Below the pieces are notes generated by a model. It did no database searches, had not been told where the DNA came from, and worked only from the letters and a program-made list of their open reading frames with translations. From assembly GCA_051294375.1 (NCBI GenBank), contig CM119264.1, forward strand, positions 30,135,693 to 30,199,692: 64,000 bases of DNA. Reading direction: 5' to 3'. The translations under genes and the position numbers were made by a program. Origin of the DNA: Paraspadella gotoi (Eukaryota; Animalia; Chaetognatha). Positions 41,421 to 55,615 of the stretch are shown here, in pieces (the first letter of the stretch is position 1; every line of letters starts with the position of its first letter).

Positions 41421-41514
41421 TCTCTTCTCTCTCTCTATCTTGCCTCCCTCTCATTCTCTATTTGTCTCCGTTCGTTGATATATTTATGTATATGGTTTTT
41501 CCAGACCAAATTGT

Positions 41515-43855
41515 GTCGAATCAAACCGGATTTTGTATCTTTCTTATCTTTCTTATCGTTCTTATACTTTTCATATCCTTATTCTTTCTTATGATGTTTC
41601 TTATCTTTCTTATCGTTTTCGAACAACCGGCCATTTTTTTTTTCTTCTTATTTGTCTTCATCTTTCTTTATCTTCTTTATCTTTCTTATCTATCCTTATC
41701 TTATGCTTTCTTAATCTTTTTCGAATCCAACCAGGCCATTTTTTTTCTTTCCTTATCTTTCTTTCTTTCTTATCTTTCTTATTCTTATGCTTCTTTATCT
41801 TTCTTAGTCTTTTCGAATCAACCGGCCATTTTTTTTTCTTTCTTATCTTTTCTTATCTTTCTTATCTTTCTTATCTTATCTTTTCTATCTTCTTATCTTT
41901 TGCGGAATCAAACCGCGCCATCTTTTTTCTTTCTTATCGTTTCTTTAATCTTTCTTATCTTTCTTATCTTATTTATCTTCTTCTTTCTATCTTTCGACAC
42001 GCATTTTTTCTCTTATCTTTCTTACCTATTCTTTCTTAGTTCTTCTACTATCTTTCTTATCTTTCTGTAATCTTTTCGAGAGAATCAACCGGCCATATTT
42101 TTTTCTTTCTTATTCTATCCTTTCTTATCTTTCTTATCTTCGTTAATCTTATCTTTCTTATCTTTCTATCCTTATGTCGAATCAAGCCGGCCATGTATTT
42201 TTTTCTTCTTATTTTCTTATCTCTTATCTTGTCTTTTCTATGCTATCTTATCTACTTTCTTTCTTTGATCCTTTTTTTTCTCTATCTTTCTTAATCTTCT
42301 TTATTCTCTTTTTTTATCTCGGGCGCCATTTTTTCTGTATCTTTTATCTTTTTCTTTATGCTTTTCTTATTCATCTTTGTTCCGAATCAACCGGCCATTT
42401 TTTTTGTCTTTGTCGTTATGCTTGTCTTATCTTTCCTTATCTTTTCCTTATCTTTCTTATCTTATCTTGTCTATATCTTTCTTATCTTTTCGATGCAACC
42501 GGCCATTTTTTTTTCTTTCTTAGTCTTTCTTATCTTTTCTTATCTTTCTTATGCTGTTCTTAATCTTTGCTTTCTTATCTTTACTTGATGCTTTCTTATC
42601 TTATCTTTCTATTATCTTTCTTATCTTTTCGAATCAACCGGCCATTTTTTTTCTTTCTTATCTTTCTTATCTTTATCTTTCTTATCTTTCTTATCTTATC
42701 TTTCTTATCTTTCTTATCTTTTCGAATCAACCGGCCATTTTTTTTCTTTCTTATCTTTCTTATCTTTCTTATCTTTCTATTCTTATCTTCCTTATCTTTC
42801 TTATCTGTTTCGAATCAACCGGCCATTTTTTTTTCTTTCTTATCTTTCTAATCTTTCTTATCTTTCTTATCTTATCTTTTCTTATCTTTCTTATCTTTTC
42901 GAATCAACCGGCCTTTTTTTCTTTCTTATCTTTCTTATCTTTCTTATCTTTCTTATCTATCTTTCTTTATCTTTTCTTATCTTTTCGAATCAACCGGCCA
43001 TTTTTTTTTCTTTCTTATCTTTCTTATCTTTCTTATCTTTCTTATCTTTCTTATCTTATCTTTCTTATCTTTTCTTATCTTTTCGAATCAACCGGCCATT
43101 TTTTTTCTTTCTATCTTTCTTATTCTTCATCTTTCTATCTCTTATCATCTCTATCTTTCTATCTTTTCGAATCAACCGGCCATTTTTTTTCTTTCTTTCT
43201 TATCTTTCTTATCTTTCTTATCTTTCTTATCTTATCTTTCTTATCTTTCTTATCTTTTGAATCAACCGGCCCATTTTTTTTTTCTTTCTTATCTTTCTTA
43301 TCTTTCTTATCTTTCTTATCTTTGCGTTATCTTTATCTTTCTTATCTTTCTTATCTTTCGAATCAACCGGCCATTTTTTTTCTTCTCCTTATCTTTCTGA
43401 CTTTCTTAATCTTTCTTATCTTATCTTTCTTATCTTTCTTATCTTTTCCCTCGATTCAACCGCCCGCTGGCCATTTTTTTTTCTTTCTTATCTTTCTATC
43501 TTTCTTATCTTTCTTATCTTTCTTATCTTATCTTTCTTTATCTTTCTTTATCTTTTCGAATCAACCGGCCATTTTTTTTCTTCTTATCTTTCTTATCTTT
43601 CTTTTATCTTTCTTATCTTTCTTATCTTATCTTTCCTTATCTTTCTATCTTTTCGAATCAACCGGCCATTTTTTTCTTCTTATCGTTTCTTATCTTTCTT
43701 ATCTGTCTTATTTATCTTTCTTATCTTTCTTAATTCTTGTTTCGAATAACCCGGGACCATTTTTTTTCTTTCCTTATTCTTTCTTTCTTTTAATCTTTCT
43801 TATCTTTCTTCCTTGATCTTTTGTCTTCTTCGAAATCAACGGCCAATTTTTTTTT
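41515..43855. repeat. Compound satellite: conserved tcgaatcaaccggccattttttt motif separated by variable runs of the 9-mer ttatctttc (~75-110 bp period)
   Basis: About 25 recurrences of the conserved motif. Confidence 0.93.
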
Positions 43856-44385
43856 CTTTATCGAAAACGTGTGGCGAGTGAGATAAGGTAGCTCGAGTTG
43901 GGATTGGATGGGTTGGGGTATAAGAGATTTTTTTTCTTTCTTATACAAAATAAAAGAAAATTGAAAAAAAACCAACTTTTTTTGACAAAAATAGAAAAAT
44001 GAGAGAAAAAAGATTTAAAAAAATAAATGTAATTAGTAAAAAGAAATTCAATTTGAGCTAAAAAAATCCGATATGACTATTCATTTATCTTAGATATGAC
44101 TGACGTAATGATTACAATTAATTAGTGGTTAGTCAATATTAGTCAATATTAAATAAGAATAAAGAGATATGGTTTATTATATAATTCTTTAACCTAACAT
44201 TTGTAGTATTACACAAGAACTAAATCATTTTCGAAACAATCCACAAAGTATTCTGCTAAACAAATTGTTATATTAAAAATGTTATATCTTTCTGATGGTT
44301 TTTTTTAGTAATATTCACTTGTTTTTAAGATTTGACAAAATTTGAGACATTCTAATGTGTTAAAAAGATATTTACTTACTTACTG

Positions 44386-44423
<38 letters not shown>

Positions 44424-44549
44424 AACAATAACAACAACAAGGGAGAGTTTATCAACTTCTTAAAAAATCTTCTTTTGGCTTCAATCGAATTCGAGAGAAA
44501 CAATCGACTGAATGATTAATGACCAGAGTCACGCCGTATATCCGCTCGT

Positions 44550-44592
<43 letters not shown>

Positions 44593-44793
44593 TATATAAA
44601 ATGAGTAAATGAGAAAGAGAGAAAGAGAAAAAGAGAAAAAAAAGGAAAGAGAGATAGAGAAAATAAATAGAAAGAGAAAGAGAGCGATAGAGAGCGATAG
44701 AGAGCGAGTGCTTAGATTCAATCACACTTTCCACTTTCTTTCATTTTCTTTTGTTTTCTGTTTACCGACGCAATTAATCAGGCCGCGGTTAGA

Positions 44794-44867
<74 letters not shown>

Positions 44868-45649
44868 GCTCAAGAAATGTATTGCCGCGCGGATGAGTTG
44901 TGAAATGAAAGGGGGGGGCGGTGTGATCTGATGGTGAGATAGTGAGGGTTGAAGGAGCCTCACGCAGTTTGAAAGGCAGGAGTTAAAAGGAAAAAGAATT
45001 TCACGCAAAGAAACCATCATGAGGAGTGAACTAAGTCAGGGGTGTAAAGAAGTGAGTGATGAATGCTTATTGTAGAATGGTTATTGGTTATTTAAGGAAG
45101 CGATCTGCATAAGACTGAAAAGTTTAAAGAGCTGAGGTGCAAAGTAGTGAAAAAAATAAATTAAGCGAAGTAATACATGGGTATTAAAGCCAGGGTGTAA
45201 GATACTTTCCAGTCGTGACTAAATATTAGTGACACAATACAGCGATGTAAGCATGGACCGAGGACTGAGGAGAGAGAGAAAAGCTTTAACAACAGAAATG
45301 TAAAATATTGTCTCGCCTCCGGTCAATCTTTTGACTTGACCTTGACCTTGACTTGACCTTGAAATGACCGATTCTTTCGGCTTTCTGGTCAACCTTCATT
45401 TGGTTTCTTTTAGCCACAGTTTTGAGAAACTGATCATTCGCGAAGAACCAGTTACAAATTAAAATTATATTTAATTATATAAAATATAATTATAATTATA
45501 AAATTATATTTTATTTTATTATATTTAAATTTTTAAATTATATTTACAAATTATAGTACGGCCGTCAGGAATCAAGTTTTCACAGATTCCACAGATTCCA
45601 CATTTTGAACCACAATTTTCACGATTTTTTCTTTATAAAATAGAACGTT

Positions 45650-46470
45650 TTCGGAATTTATACCACGTTTTCGAGAGCGCGCTCTTCTTGCTTTAAGCTT
45701 TGATCTCGCTCGGGCGCCGAATACTACCTGAAGGATCTTTCCCAAAACGTAGCCCGCCAATTTTCCAAGCGCTCTCCCGTCGCTCCTTCTCTCTCTTCTG
45801 CTCTCTCGAATTCTGCCTCCTCATCCTTCTCTCCCTCGCTTCCTTCTCACCATCATCGCTCTCACGCACACCATTAACGCCCTCAACCGCAACCTTCGCC
45901 CCACTGCGAACGCTCTCATCACTGCTCTCTCCTGCTCTTTGTTTCAGACAAAGGACGCTCGCCCTGGCAACGCTTCTTTCTCGAATCTGTGCAGAGAGAT
46001 CCCTGGTCGCCCACCTCTTTGAGGATCTAAGGAACGCCCTCGTGTATCCGCCATAAATCGTCTTACCCTATTCATACGGACCGAAACGGCCGCCTTCAAG
46101 GCGTCTCTGCGTGCTCTTCGGCGAGTGGTGCTGTTCCCATTACACCTGTGTAGGAGTTGCAAGACATCAGTGCTTGTTCCTCGCAATAGGAGTCGCGCGA
46201 CAGCCGTCCGGGTTGCCCGGACGTCGAGGCCGATGAAGGACGTCCACCAAAACAGTACCGAAAGTTGTTCTCTAAAACGAAGGTACTTCCGTGATCAACG
46301 AAAGATCAGGAGCATGTATGATCGGCGACGGAGCATATATATTATTATGTCACCCCGATCTTGTCTATCTTCTCTAGAGTGTCGAGAAAAGAAGAGCATT
46401 GAGGAATCGGATGAGGGTTCGACGATACGGTGGGATCAGAAGTTACGGCATGGAATAAGGAGACGGTAGA
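45650..46470 (+). CDS. Probable coding exon garbled by frameshifts; product not identified
   Basis: ~800 bp GC-rich, non-repetitive island; protein-like segments alternate between + frames. Confidence 0.3.
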
Positions 46471-46479
46471 GTCCCCTCG

Positions 46480-47515
<1,036 letters not shown>

Positions 47516-48058
47516 CAGGGTCCTGCTAGACTGAGTCAGTCTGATTAAAAGCTTGGCAGGGTCCCTGCTAGACTTAGTCTTGATTAAAACCTTGCAGGGT
47601 CCTGCTAGACTAAGTCAGTCTTGATTAAAAGCTTGCAGGGTCCTGCTAGACTGAGTCAGTCTTGATTAAAAGCTTGCAGGGCAGTCCTTAATTTACCACA
47701 GCTTGTGTTAATTCAGTGGCGAGATATCTTAATATTAGATAGTAATCATAGTATAATTAATGATAGTTTTCATATAAGTTGTACCAATTTCTTTCTTTGT
47801 TAAACTATGTGTGAGACAGCTTTTATTTTATATATATTTTATCATATTAATGATAAACAAGAAATTAACTCTGACTTTTTTAGGCATAAAGATGTAACAC
47901 ACGAGCTGACTCTTTTTTCCTTTAATCTTTCGCCGCGAAGAAAATTTAAAAAGAAAAAAAAGAAAAAAAGTAAATAAGAAAAAAACAATAAATTTTTTTT
48001 TTCTTAGAAAAAAAAAATATCAAAAATTCCTGTGAAGCACGAACAATCAGAGAAAGAG

Positions 48059-48142
<84 letters not shown>

Positions 48143-48316
48143 TAAAGAATAAACAGCTTCACTCCCTAAGGTTCACGTTGCTTCCGGTTCGAGGAATATC
48201 AACAAAAAAAAGTGCGGCGGCGGCGGCGGCGGCTGCGGCGGCGGCGGCGGCGGGGGCCGTCCACCTTAGCCCTGCTGCCCCCTTAAGCTAAGCAAATATA
48301 ACCACTTTCCGCTCAC

Positions 48317-48375
48317 CTATTGCTTTTCTCCCGCCTCAGCTTGAGGCTCAAGCAACGCCACTCGAGAGGGACCAT
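48317..48375 (-). CDS. Candidate short first coding exon (MVPLEWRCLSLKLRREKSN)
   Basis: ATG and donor ATAG|GTGAGC in a GC-rich island near a (GCG)n run and a cttccgg motif. Confidence 0.2.
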
Positions 48376-48403
48376 GTCGCTCCTCGTACCGTTGCTCTCT
48401 CTC

Positions 48404-48457
<54 letters not shown>

Positions 48458-49083
48458 GACAATCGCACGTATTTCCATCGCCTCGGGTCTCTTACCTCTC
48501 CGCCCTCGCCCCCCCTCCAATGCAATAACGCAGACTCAATGACTCCTCTTCTCTCTCCCCCTCCTGTTCCCCTCTTTCCTCTTCCTCCCCTCCTCCTCCT
48601 CCTCCCGCTCCTCCCCTCTTCCTCTTCCCCCTCCTCCTCTCCTCCCTCCTCCATTCTCCCCTCCCCCTATTCCTCTTCCTCCTCCTTCTTCCCCATCAGA
48701 GTCGTCGTCGTCATAACAAGAAATGAAAACAAAACAGAAAAAACAAAAGAGGCCGCGTTTTTTCGCTTCCATCGACACGATTGGTTGCCATTGCTATTGC
48801 AGCCTTCCACTTCCATCTACCCCTCCTGTATATTTTGTACATACCCTTTCTTACGTGGGCGACATGGTATCATTTCTACAAGATTTTTACATTTCTTGTA
48901 GAAAATGTTTCTTATTTTCTACGCCCCGCAAGGTCGAGCGTTCGAGGTAGCGGCCGTCCGAGGAGCAGTTTTAACGTAAGTCCGCAAATTCTTTCTGTCT
49001 AAATCTTGAGAGTGGAGATAAATCTTGAGAGTGAAATAATCTTGAGAGTGGAAATAAANNNNNNNNNNNNNNNNNNNNNNNNN

Positions 49084-49712
49084 AGCTTGCGGGTCCTGAA
49101 TAGACTGAGTCAGACTGCATATAAAAACTTCAGGTCCTGCCTAGAATTCAGTTCTTATTAAAACTTGCAGGGTCTGCTATGACTGAGTCAGATCTGGATT
49201 AAAAGCTGGATGTGGTCCTGCTCAGACTGAGTCAGCTTGATTAAAAAGTTGTAGGGTTCTGCTAGACGGTCAGTCTTGATTAAAAGCTGCAGGCGTCCGC
49301 TAGAACTGAGTAGATTCTGTGATTAAAACTTGCAGTGGTCCTGCATAGACTGAGGCATCTTGATTAAAGCTTTGCATGGTCCTGCCAGACTGAGTCAGTC
49401 CTTGATTTAAAAAGCTTCAGTGGTCTGCTAGACTGAGTCAGACTTGATTAAAAAGCTTGCAGGGTCCTGCTAAACTGGTCAGTTTTGATTAAAAGCTTTC
49501 CCAGGGTCCTGCCAGACTGAGTCAGATCTTGATTAAAAACTTGCAGTGGTCCTGCCAGACTGAGTCAGTCTTGATTAAAAGCTTTGCAGGGTCCTGCTAG
49601 ACTGAGTCGACGTCTAAAAACGTTGCAGGGTCCTGCTAGACTTGAGTCAGTCTTGATTAAAACTTGCAGTGGTCCTGCTAGCTGAGTCAGTCTTGATTAA
49701 AAGCTTGCAGGG
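49084..49712. repeat. 41-bp minisatellite, second and longer error-rich array; its 3' flank (to ~49980) duplicates 47690-47960
   Basis: About 15 copies immediately after the 25-N gap 49059-49083. Confidence 0.93.
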
Positions 49713-50092
49713 ATCCTTATTTTCCACAGCTTGTGTTAATTCAGTGGCGAGATATCTTAATATTAGATAGTAATCATAGTATATTAAATGATAGTTTTCA
49801 TATAAGTTGTACCAATTTCTTTCATTTGTTAAACTATGTGTGAGACAAGCTTTAGTATAATACCTCATATTTTAATGACTAAAACAAGAAATTAACTCTG
49901 ACTTTTTTAGCATAAAGATGTAACACAGAGTGACTCTTTTTTCCTTTAATTCTTTCGCCGCGAAAAAATTTAAAAGAAACAAGTAGCAACAAAAACAGTA
50001 GTAGGATACTGCAAGCGTAGATGTTTTTACTTTATTACTAGATGAATAATTAATATATCTATTTTGTTAATGAGCATAATCTCTCCTTTGTT

Positions 50093-50644
50093 CAAGCTTT
50101 TAATCAAGACTGACTTAGTCTAGCAGGACCCTCCAAGCTTTTAATCAAGTCTGACTCAGTCTTGCCTATTCAATCCCACAGCATTTAGATTTCCTATCAA
50201 TGAAGTGGTATGATATTCTTTTGCAAAGTTTCAATCGTTAATTAAAACACATCTGAAAGATATGTACGTATTCATGATTTTTTCAAAAAGGAACGACGAT
50301 GACGACGACGACAAAAACAACGACTAAGATTGTCGCTTCGCCGTATTTTTTCTACTCTTTGTTTACCTTCAGTTGAATAGGGAAATCTTTACAAATTCAT
50401 CTCTCGCTCTCTTTATCTCTTGCCTAAGGGGAAAAAGCTTTCTCGCATATTCATACAAAAATTGAAAAATTAAAGTAAAAGATAACAAAATAAACAAAAT
50501 GCATACAATACAATGTACATTTTACAATAACAAAACAAAAAAACGAGAGAATATAAAAAAGAAAGAAAAAAAAAGAAACATAAGTGGCAGTGTTTTGACT
50601 CCCTGTTTATACATGCATCACCATGGATTGCTGACCGGCAATGA

Positions 50645-50683
<39 letters not shown>

Positions 50684-50702
50684 GTCTCTCATCTTTCTTA
50701 TC

Positions 50703-50750
<48 letters not shown>

Positions 50751-51110
50751 GGCAGATTTACTTCCGGTTTGTTGATCATAATGGACAAACCAAGTCCTAA
50801 ATGTAGATACATGAAGCCGGAAATTGCCTGTTGGCGCCTCCGGTCATGGGTTTGTGACTCTCTCTCCCTCGGTCTGTCTCTGTCTCTCTCTGTGTGTCTT
50901 TCTTCCTCTTTCTCTCTCTTTTCTCTTTCTCACTTCTCAGCTTTGTCTGTCTGTCTTTCTGTCTGCTTGTCCGTCTTTCTCTTTCTTTCTTTTTTTCCTT
51001 TTCTCTTCTCTTCTCTTCTCTTCTCTTCTTCTCTCTCTCTCTTTCTCTCTCTCTTTCAGTCAACGTGTCCGTCAGTCTCTCTCACTCACTCTCACCCCGT
51101 CATTTTTCCC
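50093..51110 (-). repeat. Right arm of the ~1 kb inverted duplication
   Basis: Reverse complement of 46480-47515. Confidence 0.9.
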
Positions 51111-51377
51111 CGACCGACTCTCTTTTCCATCCTAACATGACATGACATGACATTCCTCGACATTAAATGACTACATATAAAGCTTCCGTCATTGTAGTAC
51201 CTTTTTACATTTTGGGCCCTCATCGTCTCGGAGCTAAAATGGGCTTCGAGTCTTGATCCTCCAGGGAAGGATGAATAGCGGAAGAGGATTTATGGGGGAT
51301 AACGAGGGTTTTAACTTGAGAACAAGAGAGAGACAGAGAGGGAGAGGGTGGGAGAGAGAGAGGGAGAGAGGGAGAGA

Positions 51378-51420
<43 letters not shown>

Positions 51421-52265
51421 AGTTATAAAAGAAAGAGAGCGAAAGAAAGAAAGTCAGAAAGAGAGAATGAAAGATAGAAAGGGAGAAAGTTAGACAGAGA
51501 GCGAGCGCAGAAACGATGGCGGGTCAGAGCGAAAACGTCGTTAGGCGATAACCAGGAACTTTAACCCTTTTATGTGCATCTGGTAGAAAGCTGAAAAAAA
51601 GCAAAAAGAAAGCAGAAAAAAGCAGAGAAAAATCGGAACACAAGTGGAAGAAAAGCAAAGTGAGAAAGGGCATTTTTCTTACTCGTGGAATAAAAGTAAA
51701 ATTCGTGAAAGCTAAATAAAGCGTAATGAAAAAAAGACATTGCTCAATGTACTTTGACTTGGGGCTAGAATTTTATTCATCTAAGTTACTGCAAAATAAA
51801 GGAAATTACCAGTGACAATTACAAATAAACGCATATATACAGCAATTTTTGCTATTAATTTTACAATTTGGTGAATTAATATAGGTTTCTTAATTAATTT
51901 TACTGAAGTCGGTAGAGCACATCCTCGGGGTTTATTCGTGGTTAAATGTTCGAGCAACAAAATTGGGCGCCACTGAAGAAGAAGACCTATATCGCAACGG
52001 TAGTGTTTATTGAAGAAAAGTCCCTGGCCGGAATAGTATTAGAAAAGAAGGAAGTTAGTAGAACTCGAGAAACGCGGAGACTGGACTAAAAAGGGACGGA
52101 TCCTCGGGAGAGGGAGGGGAAGAGGAGGATGAGGATCGAGTTTTAATTTTAATTTTAATGGTCAAAATAAAAAATGGAAAGCAAGTTTAAAAAAAAATTA
52201 AGTTGCATTAATTTGTCATAGTAAAGTACAATAATCTACAAAAATAAGTTCTTTTTATACTTATG

Positions 52266-53111
52266 TCATTCACAAGCATGCAGAAGCAAAACAATAGTAG
52301 GAATTAACAAATATACTATACATGATTCAGCTTTGAAATCAGGAACATAAAAATAACAAAATCCATCTTTAGTGTGATCGGACTCTAATATATTTTTTTT
52401 AACTCCATCTACATAGTTTTTTAGGAGCTGAAAAAGGCAAAAATAAAAACTTGAAATCAGCAAAATCCAAATGGTTTTATAGAAAAACCTATTATGTTGA
52501 GATTTACCTTTTAATAAAAACAATGGATTAAATACAGGTAAAAACGATACGCTCATAAAAAAGAAAAAACTTCTGTTGAAATTAGAGACCCGCCAGTCGG
52601 GAAATGTTTCTTTGATCCTATTTTGTGTCGCAGAAGACCTTACAATAGCTTTACTAAGCATATCCAAAGACTCGAAATCCAATGACTTCTGAGTTGCAGT
52701 TTTTTGAAAAAACCAAAATGTGATAGCAGGAAAAAAAACAGAAAATACTGAAATCATATAAGCTAAGAAAAATAGCTTTGATTCATAAACCATATTTACT
52801 AAAACTTTCTGCTCTCCAATTAATAGTATCAATAAAATTGTTAGCGGGTAAAAATAAATTGACAAGGTCCGGTCAGGTTCAGCTACTTGTGAATCTAAAA
52901 ATGTCATTGCTGCAAAAAAAACCAGAGATTCTAAAGATAAAATAAAGTTTAACAGACGTTTTTTTAGAAATAACAAAAAACTAAGATCAATCAAAAATAA
53001 TATTATTTCTATAGTAATTGTTAACAAAATTGTTTTCTTCGTAATGTTGAAAAGAGCACTATTTCCTGAAAGTACATCGCACCCAGAGAGAAGATCACCG
53101 AAAAATGCCAT
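52266..53111 (-). CDS. Multipass membrane protein, probably the C-terminal part of an XK-related gene
   Basis: 281-codon non-repetitive ORF in very AT-rich DNA with about 6 hydrophobic segments; downstream of and on the same strand as the XK-like exon; the in-frame upstream segment ...IRLNFESIFST* is cut by a stop. Confidence 0.6.
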   Translation of the reverse strand: MAFFGDLLSGCDVLSGNSALFNITKKTILLTITIEIILFLIDLSFLLFLKKRLLNFILSLESLVFFAAMTFLDSQVAEPDRTLSIYFYPLTILLILLIGEQKVLVNMVYESKLFFLAYMISVFSVFFPAITFWFFQKTATQKSLDFESLDMLSKAIVRSSATQNRIKETFPDWRVSNFNRSFFFFMSVSFLPVFNPLFLLKGKSQHNRFFYKTIWILLISSFYFCLFQLLKNYVDGVKKNILESDHTKDGFCYFYVPDFKAESCIVYLLIPTIVLLLHACE

Positions 53112-53519
53112 ATCTTGGGAAAATTAAGTACTGAAAATGGATTCAAAATTTAATCTAATGACTTTTTTTGTGAATTTGTTTAATCCCATGCGATTTAGTT
53201 TGAAACTTATGGCCATTTATGAGATCCGCCAGTCTTCAACGCAACAGTCTAGAAAAAGACAAAATAAAATATATCGACTTTTTAACCAATTATGGTGTTC
53301 AGAGAAAAAACAAATGAATGATGCAATTCAAGCGCATGGCATTCTTATCATTCGCGCTTAGTTTAAAAAAGGGGCCTTTTTAATTTTTTTCGAGGACAGA
53401 CCACAATAATTGTANNNNNNNNNNNNNNNNNNNNNNNNNNNNNNNNNNNNNNNNNNNNNNNNNNNNNNNNNNNNNNNNNNNNNNNNNNNNNNNNNNNNNN
53501 NNNNNNNNNNNNNNATTAA

Positions 53520-53632
53520 ATTAATGAATAAAGAAGTGAAATTTAGATGAAATGAAAATAAAGATGTTGAGGGATCGGTAAGTGAAAGAGTAAGTGAAAA
53601 ATAAGAAAAAGAAAAAGCTCAAAAGCCCCCCG
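53520..53632. mobile_element. Fragment related to the internal region of the hammerhead-bearing elements
   Basis: aagtgaaa...aaaagctcaaaagcccccc resembles aagtgaaa...gagctcaaaat(a/g)agctggcccccc at 56310-56360 and 57670-57718. Confidence 0.4.
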
Positions 53633-54109
53633 GGGTCAACAATGGGGGATGCTGACGATGTAAAATATTAAAGCCTAATAAAAACTCGTATGAAAATTGA
53701 GCGTTATTTCCCTTTGAATCATTAGAGACTTTAAAAATTCTGAATACGCAAAAAAATGTTTTTTAATTTTCATAACAAAAATTCTGTAATAAAACATACA
53801 GCAGAAAATGTAGTGATTGTAATTTGTAAACTTTTTTCAGATTTACTATTCCAAATTTGATTTTGTGAAAATTGTAAGAGTAGTTATTTTACTAAGTATT
53901 TTAAACTTTTTAAAAAGTATCAACGTTAAATATATTATATAATACAGATTAGTATTTAATATTCAACATAACATTTTTATATAACAATTACTTTGTTAAA
54001 GAGTTTAAATGATTTTTACTGAATTGAGCCCTGACCTTTTATTTTGGAAGGCTCAAATATCTGAATTTGAAGTTTAAACAAAATTATTGGAGTCATTCAA
54101 TTAAAGCCT

Positions 54110-54290
54110 CTAATTGGTTGATTTTATACATTGAATTTGAATAACTGGGCTCTCATTGGTTATATAACTAGTAGATGTTTTGATTTTATTCTCAAATGTG
54201 AACTCTCCTCTCATTGGTTGTTATAATGTCTATATAAAAGGAGAGTAAATTCTTAATTTTTGGGAGATTCCTCTGAGACCATCAGTTATT
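54110..54290 (+). promoter_or_regulatory. Candidate Pol II promoter: three ATTGG (reverse CCAAT) boxes, TATA box, Inr-like TCAGTT
   Basis: attggtt at ~54113, 54156 and 54213; ctatataaaagg at 54230; catcagtt at ~54281. Confidence 0.4.
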
Positions 54291-55225
54291 AAATGATATT
54301 TGTGAAATTACTTGAATATGTTAATTAATTTCAAGCTTCATGTAGCTTTGAGCTGTTGCTGCGTCTCGGCGCTGCTGCTACTGCTGCTGCATCTTGGCTC
54401 TGTCATGCTGATGCACGTCTCTCAATGATTATTGGATATTGAATACTTAATACAGTTATTATTCTATATTTATCTTTTGATATATGGATGAATTAATTAA
54501 GAGATTAAGCACTGCTCAAACAATGTTCTCATCCCAAGGAATCTTCTTCATACTTAATGCTTATAAGTTATAATGTTTTTGTTACTGCTTTGTATACAAT
54601 TCAAAAAACATTGCTGGTTTGTTTCTTAGTCTACTAGGCTGAATGGCATAATAATTTGTTACTTTAGTAGAGGACAAAATAACCAATCTGTCAATTTAGA
54701 TACCTTTATCATTGTAACTAGATCAGGTTATTTTTAATCGCGCGAACAATCACTTCCACAGCTAGAAAAACGAAGCAAACACAGCTACTCCAACCACAAT
54801 CACTAAAATCATCCACGACCTGCACAACACAATAACGACCATAACTACCATAATGACCACAACCCTGATAACTACCATAACTATCATGTCGATTGTCGAT
54901 CACTCACTGTAATGATCATAAATTCTGTAAAAACCACAACCACCATAATGACCACAGAAGTAAAATAAAAGTTAAGTTTATATTTTACTAAGATTTTTAT
55001 TTAATTTATTATTATTAAATTGTAAAAATATGTTTGCTAAAACTTGTTGACCTAAAAGATTTAACAGATTCATGATGATGGTCATTCTGAGTTAAGAGTT
55101 AAAATATCTTACCTGGACTAATGTCATGATAATTCACCGATTTATCATATAGCATTGCTCATCACTTTTGACTGTAATGATATAAAAAAGTGATGCAGAT
55201 TGTAAAAGCATCTGGAAAAAGGATT

Positions 55226-55615
55226 CTAACAAAACATGAATGGAGTTGTCACAAACAAAATATTTTCTTTATAGACCAAAAATGGTTTTGATTGTACTGT
55301 TTGGGACGATTTCAAATCAATAGTTAATGGAATAGTTCCTAATCCAATGAAGAAAGAAACCATGGTTAATAATTTTTGTGTTGAAGATTTCCATATTTTT
55401 AGGGAAAAGATAACCATATTTTTAAAAATAATTATTCCATAAACCATTGATACCAGATTATGAATCAACATGATTGTCATAAATACTAGTCCAATCACTT
55501 TCAAAATAAAATCTCTTGAGGTTAGATGATTCAACATAGTTTTAAAATCAGTGACAACATCGGCGACACCAAGAACCGTTCCAGCTAACAATTCAAAAGT
55601 TTGTAGATCAATCAT
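55226..55615 (-). CDS. XK-related (Xkr-like) membrane protein, N-terminal exon; true 3' exon boundary not determined
   Basis: Acceptor ttctttattcgcag| at 55641 then ATG at 55615; LLAGTVLGVADVVTDF resembles the XK-family first-TM D-x-x-T-D motif and is followed by further TM segments. Confidence 0.6.
   Translation of the reverse strand: MIDLQTFELLAGTVLGVADVVTDFKTMLNHLTSRDFILKVIGLVFMTIMLIHNLVSMVYGIIIFKNMVIFSLKIWKSSTQKLLTMVSFFIGLGTIPLTIDLKSSQTVQSKPFLVYKENILFVTTPFMFC

Noticed and set aside
42551-43816. 421-aa hydrophobic ORF as a membrane protein
   Set aside because: Translation of a stop-poor pyrimidine satellite
41515-43855. CRISPR-like array
   Set aside because: Spacers are copies of a 9-mer microsatellite, not unique sequence; eukaryotic context and no cas genes
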